64,000 nucleotides of DNA from Fimbriimonadales bacterium (lineage in GTDB: Bacteria; Armatimonadota; Fimbriimonadia; Fimbriimonadales; ATM1): assembly GCA_051003155.1 (NCBI GenBank), contig JBPCLO010000031.1, positions 132,439 to 196,438 of the forward strand. Direction: 5' to 3'. The notes below the pieces were generated by a model. The model searched no databases. It was not told the DNA's origin and was given only the letters and a program-made list of their open reading frames with translations. Below, piece after piece: positions 29,109-40,496 of the stretch. The position numbers and the translations under genes were made by a program. Position 1 is the first letter of the stretch; the number at the start of each line of letters is the position of its first letter.

Positions 29109-31570
29109 CCGCCCCTGAATATCGGCGCTTGGGCGGGCGCGGGCGCTGCTTGCGGGAGCGGATCGAAGATGCGGTCGACCTTGCGCATGCAGTCGTCGAT
29201 GTGAAGCCTCGTCATCCGGTCGGACGTTTTCAGTTTCGCGCGGAACAATCGCCCCCTAAGGTCTTCGAGATTTCCGAACAGGATCGGCCGGAGGTCCGTG
29301 GTGGTTGCTCCTGCCCCATTGAGGCGGCCATCCGCGATATCGAGGTATGCCCTTTGAAGATTACGCCTGTAGATGTCGACGTTGGGAGCGGGCGAGTTTA
29401 GATCGATCCAGACACCGTCGAGCAGGTCGCGTGAAAGTTCCGACACCGTGTATGTCGCGCCGCCGAACGCCTGGAGGTCGAGCATCCGCTTGACGCGGCC
29501 CTCACTCAGCAACTGGGACATGATCCCTCTTTGGCTGCCTAGCACGCGATCCGCGACGCCGGTCATGCCGATCTTTCGGAGGATATCGCCGGGAATCATG
29601 GACTTCGGAGTAACTAGAGCGTTCTCGATCAAGAAGGCGACCGCTCCTGCTTGACGCTCGGGCGAAACGGGGACGAAAACGTCGCCTCCACGTCCAGAAT
29701 GGTAGTTGGTTTCGACGATGCCGCCGACCATGCCGAGAACGTGGTTGAGCTCTTGACTCCGCTGTCCCCAAAGCGCGCCGTACAGATCGGAAAGCTGTGA
29801 GTAGTCCTCGCCGAATTTTGTGGTTGCCGGCACCAGTAGCATCATGACTCGGTCGATGTTCTTAAGGCCCAGGGTCGTCGCCGCGACCGGGTCGGAGCCG
29901 AGGTCTTCGGTTTGAACCGTCGGGTCGCCACCGCGGCCGCCTCCGAAGCGAAGCGTCGGATCGAGGACCTGACGGGAAGCGATTTTGTCCAACTCGGGCT
30001 TCTCACCGTCGGGAGTCGTGGAGACGATCGACTTATAACCCCATTCGATCGCGAATTTGTCGTATGGGCCGACAATCGGGATCAGCGCAGCGCCGTCGCC
30101 CGGCTGGGCAACGTAGTTCATGCGGCCGTAGTCCATGATCGACGCTACGGTGCCGAACTTCTCGGTAAACGCGCGGTCTCGAAGCTGCTGAACCGTATAG
30201 GAGGAACTCGCCTTGAAATTGTGCTGCAGGCCCAGCGTGTGGCCGACCTCGTGCGCCGTTACATACCGCACCAGTTCTCCCATCAACTCTTCGGAAAACG
30301 GCAACTTTTGGGCTCGCGCGTCCATGGGTGACGCCTGCACAAAATACCAAGACTCGAGCAGCTTTAGGATGTTGTGCCACATGATCACGTGGGCGGAGAG
30401 AATCTCGCCGCTGCGTGGGTCGTGGATGTGCGGTCCCATGGCGTTTTCGGTGGGAGTCGGCGCCCATCGGATTACCGAGTACCGCGAGTCCTCGGGGTCC
30501 CAGAAGGGGTCCTCTTCGCGGGTCGGCGGGTCTTTTGCCAAGATGGCGTCGCTGAAGCCGGCTTGTTCGAATGCAGGCTGCCAGTCTTCGATTCCCTGCC
30601 TGACGTACTTTCGCCATTTCTCGGGAACCTCCCGCGAGACATAGTAAACGATCGGCTTAATCGGATGCGAGACGGCCGCGCTCGGGTCCTTCTTTACGAG
30701 ACGGTATCGTGTGATGTATCGGCGATCCATCACCTTGTGCTCGGGCCGTCCGTATTCGGAAAAACCCTCGGAGAAGTAGCCGACCCGCGAGTCTGCAAGC
30801 CGTCCCATCATGGGCTTTTCAGGAAGTAGTGCGATGCTGTAATGGACAATCGCCGTCGCCGTGCTCGCGTCCGAACCTCCTCTGGGCGGACCGAACGGCG
30901 AGGCGCTCGGAGCGCCGCCACGGTTAAAGGTGATCTGAGAGCGGGTCTCGATGTTTCCTGGGAAAGCCTTCACTCGGTCGATGTAAGTGCTGTCCTTTTC
31001 GACGGTCGCTCCGCCGAGCTGGCTCTTGACAGCGAAGTCCTTCGGGTCGGTTGTGAACAGGCTGGTTACTTCGATGACCGGCCACCTCTTTTCGCTCTCG
31101 GCCAGGACGTCGAACGCACCGATAATCGTGTCCAGGGTGGAAGCGCGGACGGCCTCGCCCATCCGAGGGTCGCCCACGGAGCGGACGGAGAAATCTCGGC
31201 TTCGCAGAAAAATCTTGTTATTGCGCCTGGTCCAAGATACGACCCGTTCGCCCGCAGCCGTGCCGCCGTAGCCCAAACCTGCAGGCAGTTCCGCAATCTC
31301 GGTCGACCAGAACATATCCCGGCCGAGCAGTTCCGGCGGGATTTCGAAGAACATCTTGTCGCCGATTTGGTGGACTTCGAACATTCCGTCCTGCGATTTG
31401 GCCTCCTTGGTGATGACTTCGTCGTACTTTTTCAGCTCGCCCGGCTTTCTCTCTTGCTTGGGCTGTTCGTCGGGCTTCGATGGGTCTTGGGCGAGCGCTA
31501 CCGGGGCGGAGCCCGAAAGAAGGGTGAGACAAGCGAGGGCGATGACTTGGCGTAGAGTTGAAGTTTGCAT
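29105..31570 (-). CDS. Secreted zinc-dependent metalloprotease (DUF5117/DUF4953-type met-zincin)
   Basis: [18 protein letters not shown] Met-turn, DPRSGEIL, signal peptide. Confidence 0.92.
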   Translation of the reverse strand: MQTSTLRQVIALACLTLLSGSAPVALAQDPSKPDEQPKQERKPGELKKYDEVITKEAKSQDGMFEVHQIGDKMFFEIPPELLGRDMFWSTEIAELPAGLGYGGTAAGERVVSWTRRNNKIFLRSRDFSVRSVGDPRMGEAVRASTLDTIIGAFDVLAESEKRWPVIEVTSLFTTDPKDFAVKSQLGGATVEKDSTYIDRVKAFPGNIETRSQITFNRGGAPSASPFGPPRGGSDASTATAIVHYSIALLPEKPMMGRLADSRVGYFSEGFSEYGRPEHKVMDRRYITRYRLVKKDPSAAVSHPIKPIVYYVSREVPEKWRKYVRQGIEDWQPAFEQAGFSDAILAKDPPTREEDPFWDPEDSRYSVIRWAPTPTENAMGPHIHDPRSGEILSAHVIMWHNILKLLESWYFVQASPMDARAQKLPFSEELMGELVRYVTAHEVGHTLGLQHNFKASSSYTVQQLRDRAFTEKFGTVASIMDYGRMNYVAQPGDGAALIPIVGPYDKFAIEWGYKSIVSTTPDGEKPELDKIASRQVLDPTLRFGGGRGGDPTVQTEDLGSDPVAATTLGLKNIDRVMMLLVPATTKFGEDYSQLSDLYGALWGQRSQELNHVLGMVGGIVETNYHSGRGGDVFVPVSPERQAGAVAFLIENALVTPKSMIPGDILRKIGMTGVADRVLGSQRGIMSQLLSEGRVKRMLDLQAFGGATYTVSELSRDLLDGVWIDLNSPAPNVDIYRRNLQRAYLDIADGRLNGAGATTTDLRPILFGNLEDLRGRLFRAKLKTSDRMTRLHIDDCMRKVDRIFDPLPQAAPAPAQAPIFRGG

Positions 31571-31653
31571 GGTGCCTGCTGGAATGTTTACGTCGTGTGG
31601 GCCCTTCAGGTTCCGGCGGGGTGTCGGACGGGGTGGCCGGAGTGGAGCCAAGC

Positions 31654-32048
31654 CGTGTGCCACGGATGAACGGCTCGGTTACTTTCGATAACGTGCAACT
31701 TCTTAGCCGCTCGTCCGTGACAACTTCCAGCCCGCCACACCTCACAGCAGAACGTCACACCGGTCGAATCTGGAAATTTGAGTCGATCCCCGCGTAGGCT
31801 CTCGCACTGGACCACGTTCTGCCCGCTTCGCGCCGTCGCTTGCGACGAGAGGCAGGCAACGATAGCACGAGAAAGTCAGTTCGTGTGCGTGGCCCGGTTC
31901 GTTGTACGCCACTCTCCGCTTGCGCCGCTCCACATGGCGAGGTACCGCGTCTCCTTACGATGGATTGTAGAAATTGTAAGGCCGCTCACGGACGAGCGAT
32001 ACGGAGTACGCAAAACCGGCACTCGTCAACGCTCATTCGTGGCACACG
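31654..32048 (-). mobile_element. Truncated REP-associated tyrosine transposase (RAYT) locus flanked by inverted REP-like hairpins
   Basis: ORF 31742-31933 begins RKRRVAYNEPGHAHELTFSCYRCLPL; outer inverted repeats CGTGTGCCACG (31654) and CGTGGCACACG (ending 32048). Confidence 0.75.
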
Positions 32049-32094
32049 AAGAGGCGTCACCCAGGTCGGGGCCACCCTACCGACCGACGTAGGC

Positions 32095-32431
32095 CTATCC
32101 CGGGAAAGCCCACATGCCTTGTCGATGCGGGTGAGCCAGGGGTATACGAACGTCGAGCCGAGGGCGCGGATGGCCATGGTAAGGGGCTGGATGAAGCGGG
32201 ACGTATTGGTCGTGACGTTCACGTGCACCGTGTCGTCCGACGTCGTCGCTAGGCGCGTGTCGAGGACCTCGTAGTGGCCGCTACATAGTTGTAGAGTGAG
32301 ATATTCTGCTCGGCATTGGCGATGCTCGCGTTCGACTCCAACGAGAAACTGAACCCGCTCGGCGACCAGGCCGGCGCCGTGGCATTCAGGATGACCTGTA
32401 TCGGCGGCTCGGCGTTGGAGAACACAGCCCT
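32095..32431 (-). pseudogene. Orphan decayed copy of the C-terminal module also seen in the 51067-52299 protein
   Basis: AVFSNAEPPIQVILNATAP...SLYNYV/HYEVLDTRLATTSDDTVHVNVTTNTSRFI...VYPWLTRIDK aligns by eye to PVFSNSQPPIELVMTGTSP...ALFNYVTGQYEVVDT...NPSRFV...VFPWFARLDK. Confidence 0.75.
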
Positions 32432-32627
32432 GGCCTCATGACTAGCCTGTCGCCGTCGCTATTCTGCAGGGAAGCCAGATTGCCCGAGATGACCGAGCCG
32501 CGGAATATGCTGTAGGAGGTTGGAGCCACGCTTCGAGAGACCCACATCAGCGCCTCGTCGTCTTCGCGCGCCTACCCGTGCTCTGAAGGGTATACGGCCT
32601 ATCGAGTGTCGTGATCCGGTGCGCGAG

Positions 32628-32676
32628 TATAATCTGGATTCACGATGATTAGCACTCTCGCGCGTGATGAGTGCAG
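32628..32676 (+). promoter_or_regulatory. groESL promoter -10 (TATAAT) and CIRCE-like HrcA operator
   Basis: TATAAT 32628-32633; TTAGCACTC (32649-32657)-N11-GAGTGCAG. Confidence 0.7.
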
Positions 32677-32699
32677 GCACAGGAGGATCTGATTATCCA

Positions 32700-34648
<1,949 letters not shown>

Positions 34649-34654
34649 GCTGCG

Positions 34655-35794
34655 GTGATTCCCGAAGATGCCTTCTTCCTGTGGAGGGACTCCTTCCAAG
34701 GCGATCCCGAAGTACATGCAGCCGCTCCGGGCAGGGTGAATCTGATCGGGGAACACACTGACTACAACCAAGGTCTAGTGTTCCCCGCCGCTATCGATAG
34801 GCGAACTTACGGGCTCTTTCGCAAGGCTTCCCGAGATCAATGCCACCTGATTAGCGGTCAGGCGGGCGCAGAAGCCCCGTTTCGGCTGCGGGGCTCTTCC
34901 CCTAAGCGGTGGACTAGGTTCGCCTGGGCGTGCGGGCGCGCGCTTTCTGAGCACGTCGACGAAGCCCTTCCGCCCTTGGATGGAGTTGTTTGGTCCGACA
35001 TACCAAGTGGCAGCGGACTCGGTAGTAGCGCGGCGTTGGAACTCTGCCTGCTCTCTGCATGGAACGCAGTCGGCGTCTATGGCCTTTCCAACCTTGAACT
35101 CGCTAAAATCGCGTGGCAAGCTGAAACGCGCTTCGTCGGGGTCGCGTGCGGCGTTATGGACCAAATGGCAAGTGCGCTAGGCGAAGCCGCCAAGGCCATC
35201 TACATCGATACGCGAACTGAAGAGTTCAGCGGCTGGAGAATCCCGGAGGGACTCGGACTGGTTGTGATGGACACACGCAAACGGCGGGCGCTTGCCTCAA
35301 GTGCATATAACCAGCGTGTCGAGGAGTGTCGCCGAGCCGCTCAGGCGATGGGAATCGCTTCGCTGAGGGACGCAACCCTAGGGATGATAGTCGAGGCCCG
35401 TTCGCTAGGCTTAGATGACATCGCTGCGCGTCGGGCGCGACACGTAGTTACCGAGAACGCAAGGGTCTTGGCGTTTCGAGAGAGCTTGGAGCAGGACTAT
35501 AGACCCAGTATTGCTACTCTATGTCACGAATCGCACCAAAGTCTTAAGCTTGATTATGCAGTGAGCTGTCTCGAATTGGATGCTATGGTCGAGGCGAGCG
35601 CTCTGGCGCAGGGCTTCGTTGCGGCTCGGTTGACGGGAGCGGGGTTCGGCGGTAGCTGCGTCGGGCTGATCGAAAGGGGCAAGTTCCACTCGTTCCAAGC
35701 GGCCGTACTGCGCAAGTATAAGCGCCACAACTTCACTCGCCCGTATATTTTCGAGGTTACTGCATCGAGCGGTGCGAAAGCAGGTGCAATTTGA
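34655..35794 (+). CDS. galK: Galactokinase
   Basis: APGRVNLIGEHTDYN, GSGLGSSAA, RLTGAGFGG. Confidence 0.93.
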   Translation: MIPEDAFFLWRDSFQGDPEVHAAAPGRVNLIGEHTDYNQGLVFPAAIDRRTYGLFRKASRDQCHLISGQAGAEAPFRLRGSSPKRWTRFAWACGRALSEHVDEALPPLDGVVWSDIPSGSGLGSSAALELCLLSAWNAVGVYGLSNLELAKIAWQAETRFVGVACGVMDQMASALGEAAKAIYIDTRTEEFSGWRIPEGLGLVVMDTRKRRALASSAYNQRVEECRRAAQAMGIASLRDATLGMIVEARSLGLDDIAARRARHVVTENARVLAFRESLEQDYRPSIATLCHESHQSLKLDYAVSCLELDAMVEASALAQGFVAARLTGAGFGGSCVGLIERGKFHSFQAAVLRKYKRHNFTRPYIFEVTASSGAKAGAI

Positions 35795-36016
35795 ACCTGG
35801 AGAAAATTGTAGAAACCCAGTAATGAAAATTCAGTCTAATGGGTGAGGGATTCGTTAACAGATGCCTCATAAACTTAACTTGCTGGCGAAATAACATCAT
35901 CCGCCAGCCGGAATCTCTCTGCGGATAAGGTGAATCGAATGAAATTGAATGAGTTTTGCGCCAGCAACAGGCGCCACGACAGTTTGCTCCGACTTGTTCG
36001 GTGCGGGGGTTAATTC

Positions 36017-36277
36017 ATGGCTATGGCAAGTATAAAACCGGATAAAAAGCGACCAACGCGCATGACGAAGCGCGAGATCGAGGTGCTCAATTTGATTGGA
36101 CAAGGGTACAGCAGCAGAGAAGCTGCCGAAGCGCTCTACGTGTCCAAGCGCACGGTAGATTTCCACCTTGCGAATATTTACGACAAGCTCGAGGTCAACA
36201 ACCGAGTGCAAGCGTTCCGTGCGGCAACGAGACTGGGACTCATCCCATTTGACCCGAAGCCGATACGCGGCCAATAG
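36017..36277 (+). CDS. Stand-alone LuxR-type HTH regulator
   Basis: MTKREIEVL...SKRTVDFHLANIYDKLEVNNR. Confidence 0.9.
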   Translation: MAMASIKPDKKRPTRMTKREIEVLNLIGQGYSSREAAEALYVSKRTVDFHLANIYDKLEVNNRVQAFRAATRLGLIPFDPKPIRGQ

Positions 36278-36299
36278 TCGCCGCCACCGATTCGAATGC

Positions 36300-36331
36300 A
36301 GCCCGGGCCCGCGCGGTTCGGGCTTCGTTTT
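36300..36331 (+). terminator. Intrinsic terminator between convergent genes
   Basis: GCCCGGGCC/GGTTCGGGC stem followed by TTCGTTTT. Confidence 0.55.
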
Positions 36332-37691
36332 AAGCCAAGTGCCTGCGGGGAACTCGCGGCAATTCGAGGGCGTCCGTCGACAGGGTCGTTGTGTAGCGAA
36401 TGAGCCGATCCAGGATGACCTTGACCATGCCCGCGATGGGAAACGCAAGGATCATTCCCGCCAAGCCGAACAAAGCGCTTCCTGACAAGATCACGAAGAA
36501 GCTGACGACCGGATGGAGTCCAACGGACCGTCCGACGATTCGCGGGTGGACGAACTGATCGTAGAGTATGCCGACGATGAGAAATGTTCCGAGCACCACG
36601 CCCATGTAAGTCGTCTTCGACCCGAACTCGACGAAAAGAAAGCCCCTCGAATCGGTCGTCAGCAGCGCTAGCCAAATGACCCCAACCGAGATGAAATTGC
36701 CAATGTACGGGATCAAATAGAAGACGCCGACCAACAGGCCGAGAAACATCGAATAAGGCACACCGAGAATCGTAAGGAGCGCCGCGTTTATGGCGCTGTA
36801 AAGCAAGACACTCTTCGTTAGCCCGCGCACGTACGCCGAAAGAACGTCGCCCAGATCTGCAAGCAGATCAGTTGCCGCAGGCCTGATGGTGGGTGGTATC
36901 CAAGTTACAAATCGACGGCGGAAGTTGTCGTAGTCGAGAAGGATCAGAAGGGTGATGATCGGCGTGAGGATTAGCAGAAACACCGACGAGGTGAGATATT
37001 GCACGATCCGGGCGCTGCCCGCAAACGCATTTGAAGCGATCTTGCTCACGTTCTGTTTGATCTTAAACATCTCCTCCATGCCGGACCTGCTTGTGGGAAG
37101 GTTGAGTCGTTCGAGAGTGGGCTTGTATTGCGACAGGTTCCTGTCGAGCCAGCCCGGCTCGACAGGCGTTTCCAGACTTTCGATCAGGTCGCGTCGATCG
37201 CCCGGCAAATTGTGAGCGTAGAGCCGGGCACTCTCGTGAGTGAAGAAATCTGCGTAGAACTCTTCTTTCCTGGCCGGGTCCTTAATCCATCCTTGAAATT
37301 CCGGGATCGGGAGCGGGAACGGTTCTTCCATGCGCATCCGCGCTTCAAGTGTAGCCGGGTCTCTCAAAAAGTTCTCCAAACGCGTCTCTGGGAAGAGGCT
37401 GGTCCGGATGAAGTTCGTGACATTCGTCTGGATCTTCCGGACCTGGGAGCTAACCAACGGTGCTACTAGGATGCCGATTGCGGCCGCAGAGGCGAAAAAC
37501 AGGGCGTAAATCGTTCCGACAGCGACGCGCCGACTTACGCCCTTCGTTCGAAGACCCCTTATAGATGGATCGAGGAGGGCGGCAACGACCAGTCCCACTG
37601 CGAATGGGAACAGAATCGAGCGGACGGCGTAAAAAAACCAGATGGCGGCCAGCACGACCGCCACCCAGAGCAAGACTCGAGATCCCCCCAT
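36330..37691 (-). CDS. AI-2E family (PerM-like) transporter
   Basis: IPYIG, PRIVGRSVGLHP, LFGLAGMILAFP. Confidence 0.9.
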   Translation of the reverse strand: MGGSRVLLWVAVVLAAIWFFYAVRSILFPFAVGLVVAALLDPSIRGLRTKGVSRRVAVGTIYALFFASAAAIGILVAPLVSSQVRKIQTNVTNFIRTSLFPETRLENFLRDPATLEARMRMEEPFPLPIPEFQGWIKDPARKEEFYADFFTHESARLYAHNLPGDRRDLIESLETPVEPGWLDRNLSQYKPTLERLNLPTSRSGMEEMFKIKQNVSKIASNAFAGSARIVQYLTSSVFLLILTPIITLLILLDYDNFRRRFVTWIPPTIRPAATDLLADLGDVLSAYVRGLTKSVLLYSAINAALLTILGVPYSMFLGLLVGVFYLIPYIGNFISVGVIWLALLTTDSRGFLFVEFGSKTTYMGVVLGTFLIVGILYDQFVHPRIVGRSVGLHPVVSFFVILSGSALFGLAGMILAFPIAGMVKVILDRLIRYTTTLSTDALELPRVPRRHLA

Positions 37692-37706
37692 ATAGGAGGA
37701 GACGCG

Positions 37707-37943
37707 TTAGGCGCCCGCTTCGTCGGCGGCTTGCTCGACGGCAGACGTCACCTTGTTCTTCTTTTCGCGAACCCAGTCGGTGACTCGGCCCTTAATGTCT
37801 TCGAACTTGTGCGTCAACTCTTGGCGAGTCTCGGTTCCCGGCTTCGGGGCGAGCAGGATTCCAGCAGCAGCGCCAATAAGGGCGCCTACGCCAACGCCTG
37901 CCAGGAAATAGAGCATCGTGCCTCTTTCGTCGTTATCATGCAT
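37707..37943 (-). CDS. YtxH domain protein
   Basis: GALIGAAAGILLAPKPGTETR. Confidence 0.9.
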   Translation of the reverse strand: MHDNDERGTMLYFLAGVGVGALIGAAAGILLAPKPGTETRQELTHKFEDIKGRVTDWVREKKNKVTSAVEQAADEAGA

Positions 37944-38340
37944 GATTGAGTTTCTCCTTTACTACAGCGGACTTTGCTTTGCGTCTGTTTCGTACTACGC
38001 CCAAAATCCCCATTCCAACGCGTGCCACGTCCCACCATAATGGCGAGACCGACCTTTGAAGTACGCCCGCAACCTGCGAAGCCGTTTCAACAGCCGGAGT
38101 GACGGCCCGGAAGGTCCCGGAGGCGACCTGCGCCATGTCGTCGGCTTTCGCAATCGCGGCGCGCGCCTCGGCCAAGGCCGGCCGAATATCGGTTTCCAGC
38201 GTGTTGTGCAATTGACGAATCGTCGCGGTGGCCTCTTCGAGGAGCTTCTTGATCGAAGTAAACGACACCCAGGCAATAGCCAAGATGGCAAGCATGACGA
38301 CGGTTTGGATCGCCAAAATGATTGTGGCCGTATCGGACAT
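37936..38340 (-). CDS. DUF948/YtxG-like membrane protein
   Basis: N-terminal TM plus coiled coil, overlaps YtxH start. Confidence 0.7.
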   Translation of the reverse strand: MSDTATIILAIQTVVMLAILAIAWVSFTSIKKLLEEATATIRQLHNTLETDIRPALAEARAAIAKADDMAQVASGTFRAVTPAVETASQVAGVLQRSVSPLWWDVARVGMGILGVVRNRRKAKSAVVKEKLNHA

Positions 38341-38364
38341 AGTGCTTAGCTCATTATAGCTAAG

Positions 38365-39477
38365 CTACGCCAACGCCATCGGCATGACCACGCAGAGGTA
38401 TTCAACGTCGTCTTCGCTCGGCTTTATAACGGCCGCGCGATCGTTCTCAGTCATCTGCAGGACCACGCCATCGCCGGCGATCGGATCCAACGAATCCAAA
38501 ACGTACTGGCCGTTGAAGGCTATTTCCACATCGTCGCCCTCTTTCACGACCGACATCTCTTCCTTGACCTCACCGACGCCCTCGCTTCGAGCCATTAGTG
38601 TGACGATGTCGCCGTCGGACTTGAAGACCACCCGTTGAGAGTTCTCCTTGGCAAGCACCGAACAGCGCCTCAGGCAATCTTTGAACGTGTGTCGGTCCAT
38701 CATCCACTTCCTCGTCGTTTCGGAAGGGATGACGCGCTCGAATGGTGGGAACTGGCCGCTTATCAGTTGTGTCACCAGGCGTACACCATCGCCTTCGACG
38801 CCGAGCCTGCCTCCGCCGAAGGTGAGCCTTAGCTCGCCATCTTCAGCCACCGGCAGTTTACGGATTATGTTGATCGCGCGGCCAGGCACGATCGCCGTGA
38901 CGGTGCTGCCGATACCCGGATACGCCGCCCTTCGGAGAGCCAAGCGATGGGTGTCGGTCGCCACGGTTCGCAGAATATCGCCGTCGTAATCGAAAAGAAC
39001 ACCGGTCAACGCCGCCCGCCCTTGCTTGTCCTCCGCGACGGCGAATTGGACCGAGTCCACCATCCCGATGAAGTCGGAAGCCTTCATGGCGAGCTCGGCC
39101 TCGGGTGAAAGGGTTGGAACCGCTGGAAAGTCTTCGGGAGGCATCCCGACTACTCGGTAGTCGCTCTGGCCGATCGAAATCATCACATTGGAGCTGCCGC
39201 TCGGCTGCTCCAGGTGGACGTCACCGTCGGGCAGCGAACCCAGGATATCGAGCATGAGCCGCGCGTCGAGCGCGATCGAACCTTCGGTGCTGACCATCGT
39301 GGGGATTGTGCGCTCGACCCACATCTCGCCATCGCAGCCGGTGATGCGCAGCCGGCCGTCCTTGGCTTCGAGCAGCAAGCTCTTCAGCAGGCTGAGGGTG
39401 GTCGCGCGGCTGGTGGCGGGGGACGCAGCCAACGCGACAGCTTCCAGAAACTCTTTTCTATTGCAATCGACAATCAT
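38365..39477 (-). CDS. dnaN: DNA polymerase III beta clamp
   Basis: VATDTHRLA, GQFPPFERVIP, IAFNGQYVLD, VVMPM. Confidence 0.95.
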   Translation of the reverse strand: MIVDCNRKEFLEAVALAASPATSRATTLSLLKSLLLEAKDGRLRITGCDGEMWVERTIPTMVSTEGSIALDARLMLDILGSLPDGDVHLEQPSGSSNVMISIGQSDYRVVGMPPEDFPAVPTLSPEAELAMKASDFIGMVDSVQFAVAEDKQGRAALTGVLFDYDGDILRTVATDTHRLALRRAAYPGIGSTVTAIVPGRAINIIRKLPVAEDGELRLTFGGGRLGVEGDGVRLVTQLISGQFPPFERVIPSETTRKWMMDRHTFKDCLRRCSVLAKENSQRVVFKSDGDIVTLMARSEGVGEVKEEMSVVKEGDDVEIAFNGQYVLDSLDPIAGDGVVLQMTENDRAAVIKPSEDDVEYLCVVMPMALA

Positions 39478-39491
39478 GCGAACTTAGAATC

Positions 39492-39794
39492 TTACTGCGA
39501 AATGGGAAGTTGAAACTGGCCGCTGAGCGGCAAGTCCAATTGAAAAGCGCGGTTAATATCCGCGGCGCTCACCTCGGCGGCGATGCGGGCGAAAACCCTT
39601 TGGCGCTCGTCTTCCCTCATCCCGTCGTTCGCATACCCCGCCGCTACCGCTTCTCGAGTCCTTCTCGATTCCGCAACTTCGGCGGAAAGCGCCGAGTCGG
39701 AGAACATCATTTCCTTGAACTCGAGGTTGAGCTCTAACGGAAGCTCGTCGTCAAGGAACAAATCTATCAGTTTTCTGCAATCGTTCGTATTCAT
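39492..39794 (-). CDS. Putative anti-sigma factor (zf-HC2-like fold lacking HxxxCxxC)
   Basis: CRKLIDLFLDDEL; start overlaps the ECF sigma stop. Confidence 0.65.
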   Translation of the reverse strand: MNTNDCRKLIDLFLDDELPLELNLEFKEMMFSDSALSAEVAESRRTREAVAAGYANDGMREDERQRVFARIAAEVSAADINRAFQLDLPLSGQFQLPISQ

Positions 39795-40324
39795 AGCGCT
39801 CTCTCCAAAGCCGACCCGAGTTTGTCGCGCAGGGCGCGTCTTCCACGGTATAGCCGAGACTTCAACGCCGGCACCGATATACCGAGGACATCAGCCGCCT
39901 CCCGAGCGGAAACCTCCTCAAGGTCGCACAGTATCAGGGGCTCGCGGTAGTCCGACGGCAAATCGTTGAGCGCCTGCCGGACCGCTACCCTCAGGGCCGT
40001 CCTATCTTCCCCTGCGCCGTATGAAGCGTCGTGCGGCAACTCCAGCAGGGAGTGCTGCCTTAGCTTATCGATGCACAGGTTTCGGGCGATCCGGAACAGC
40101 CAAGTCCGAAAAGCTCCGTCGGCTCTCAGGTCTGCCGAGCGCCGAATGACTCTTAAAAATGTTTCCGCCGTCGCGTCTTCCGCGTCCGAACGGTTGTTTA
40201 GCATTCGGTACGTATACCGAAAAATGCGCTCTCCATACATCTCATAGAGTGCGCCTATCGCAGACGAATCGCCACCAGCCAAGGCCTGCAGCAGTCTCTT
40301 TTCGGCGGACGAATCTTCTTGCAA
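39791..40324 (-). CDS. ECF sigma-70 factor (start uncertain)
   Basis: DAEDATAETF, FRTWLFRIARNLCID, LKSRLYRGR. Confidence 0.92.
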   Translation of the reverse strand: MQEDSSAEKRLLQALAGGDSSAIGALYEMYGERIFRYTYRMLNNRSDAEDATAETFLRVIRRSADLRADGAFRTWLFRIARNLCIDKLRQHSLLELPHDASYGAGEDRTALRVAVRQALNDLPSDYREPLILCDLEEVSAREAADVLGISVPALKSRLYRGRRALRDKLGSALERAL

Positions 40325-40496
40325 AGGGTGTTTATCCTTTCCTACGGACGGATTTCTGGGCAGTTTGGCCGCCCCATATTTCATATTACTTGGTCGGGCG
40401 TGTAGCTTCCTTGTGGAGTGCTTGGGGATAACTGCGGTCACTCTACGGAAGGCGAGGCTCCTCATCGGCGAAGGGGATGAGGAGAGATTCGCTCCA

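Noticed and set aside
34655..35794. galK directly after groEL as a functional link
   Set aside because: Only adjacency; no supporting evidence from the sequence.
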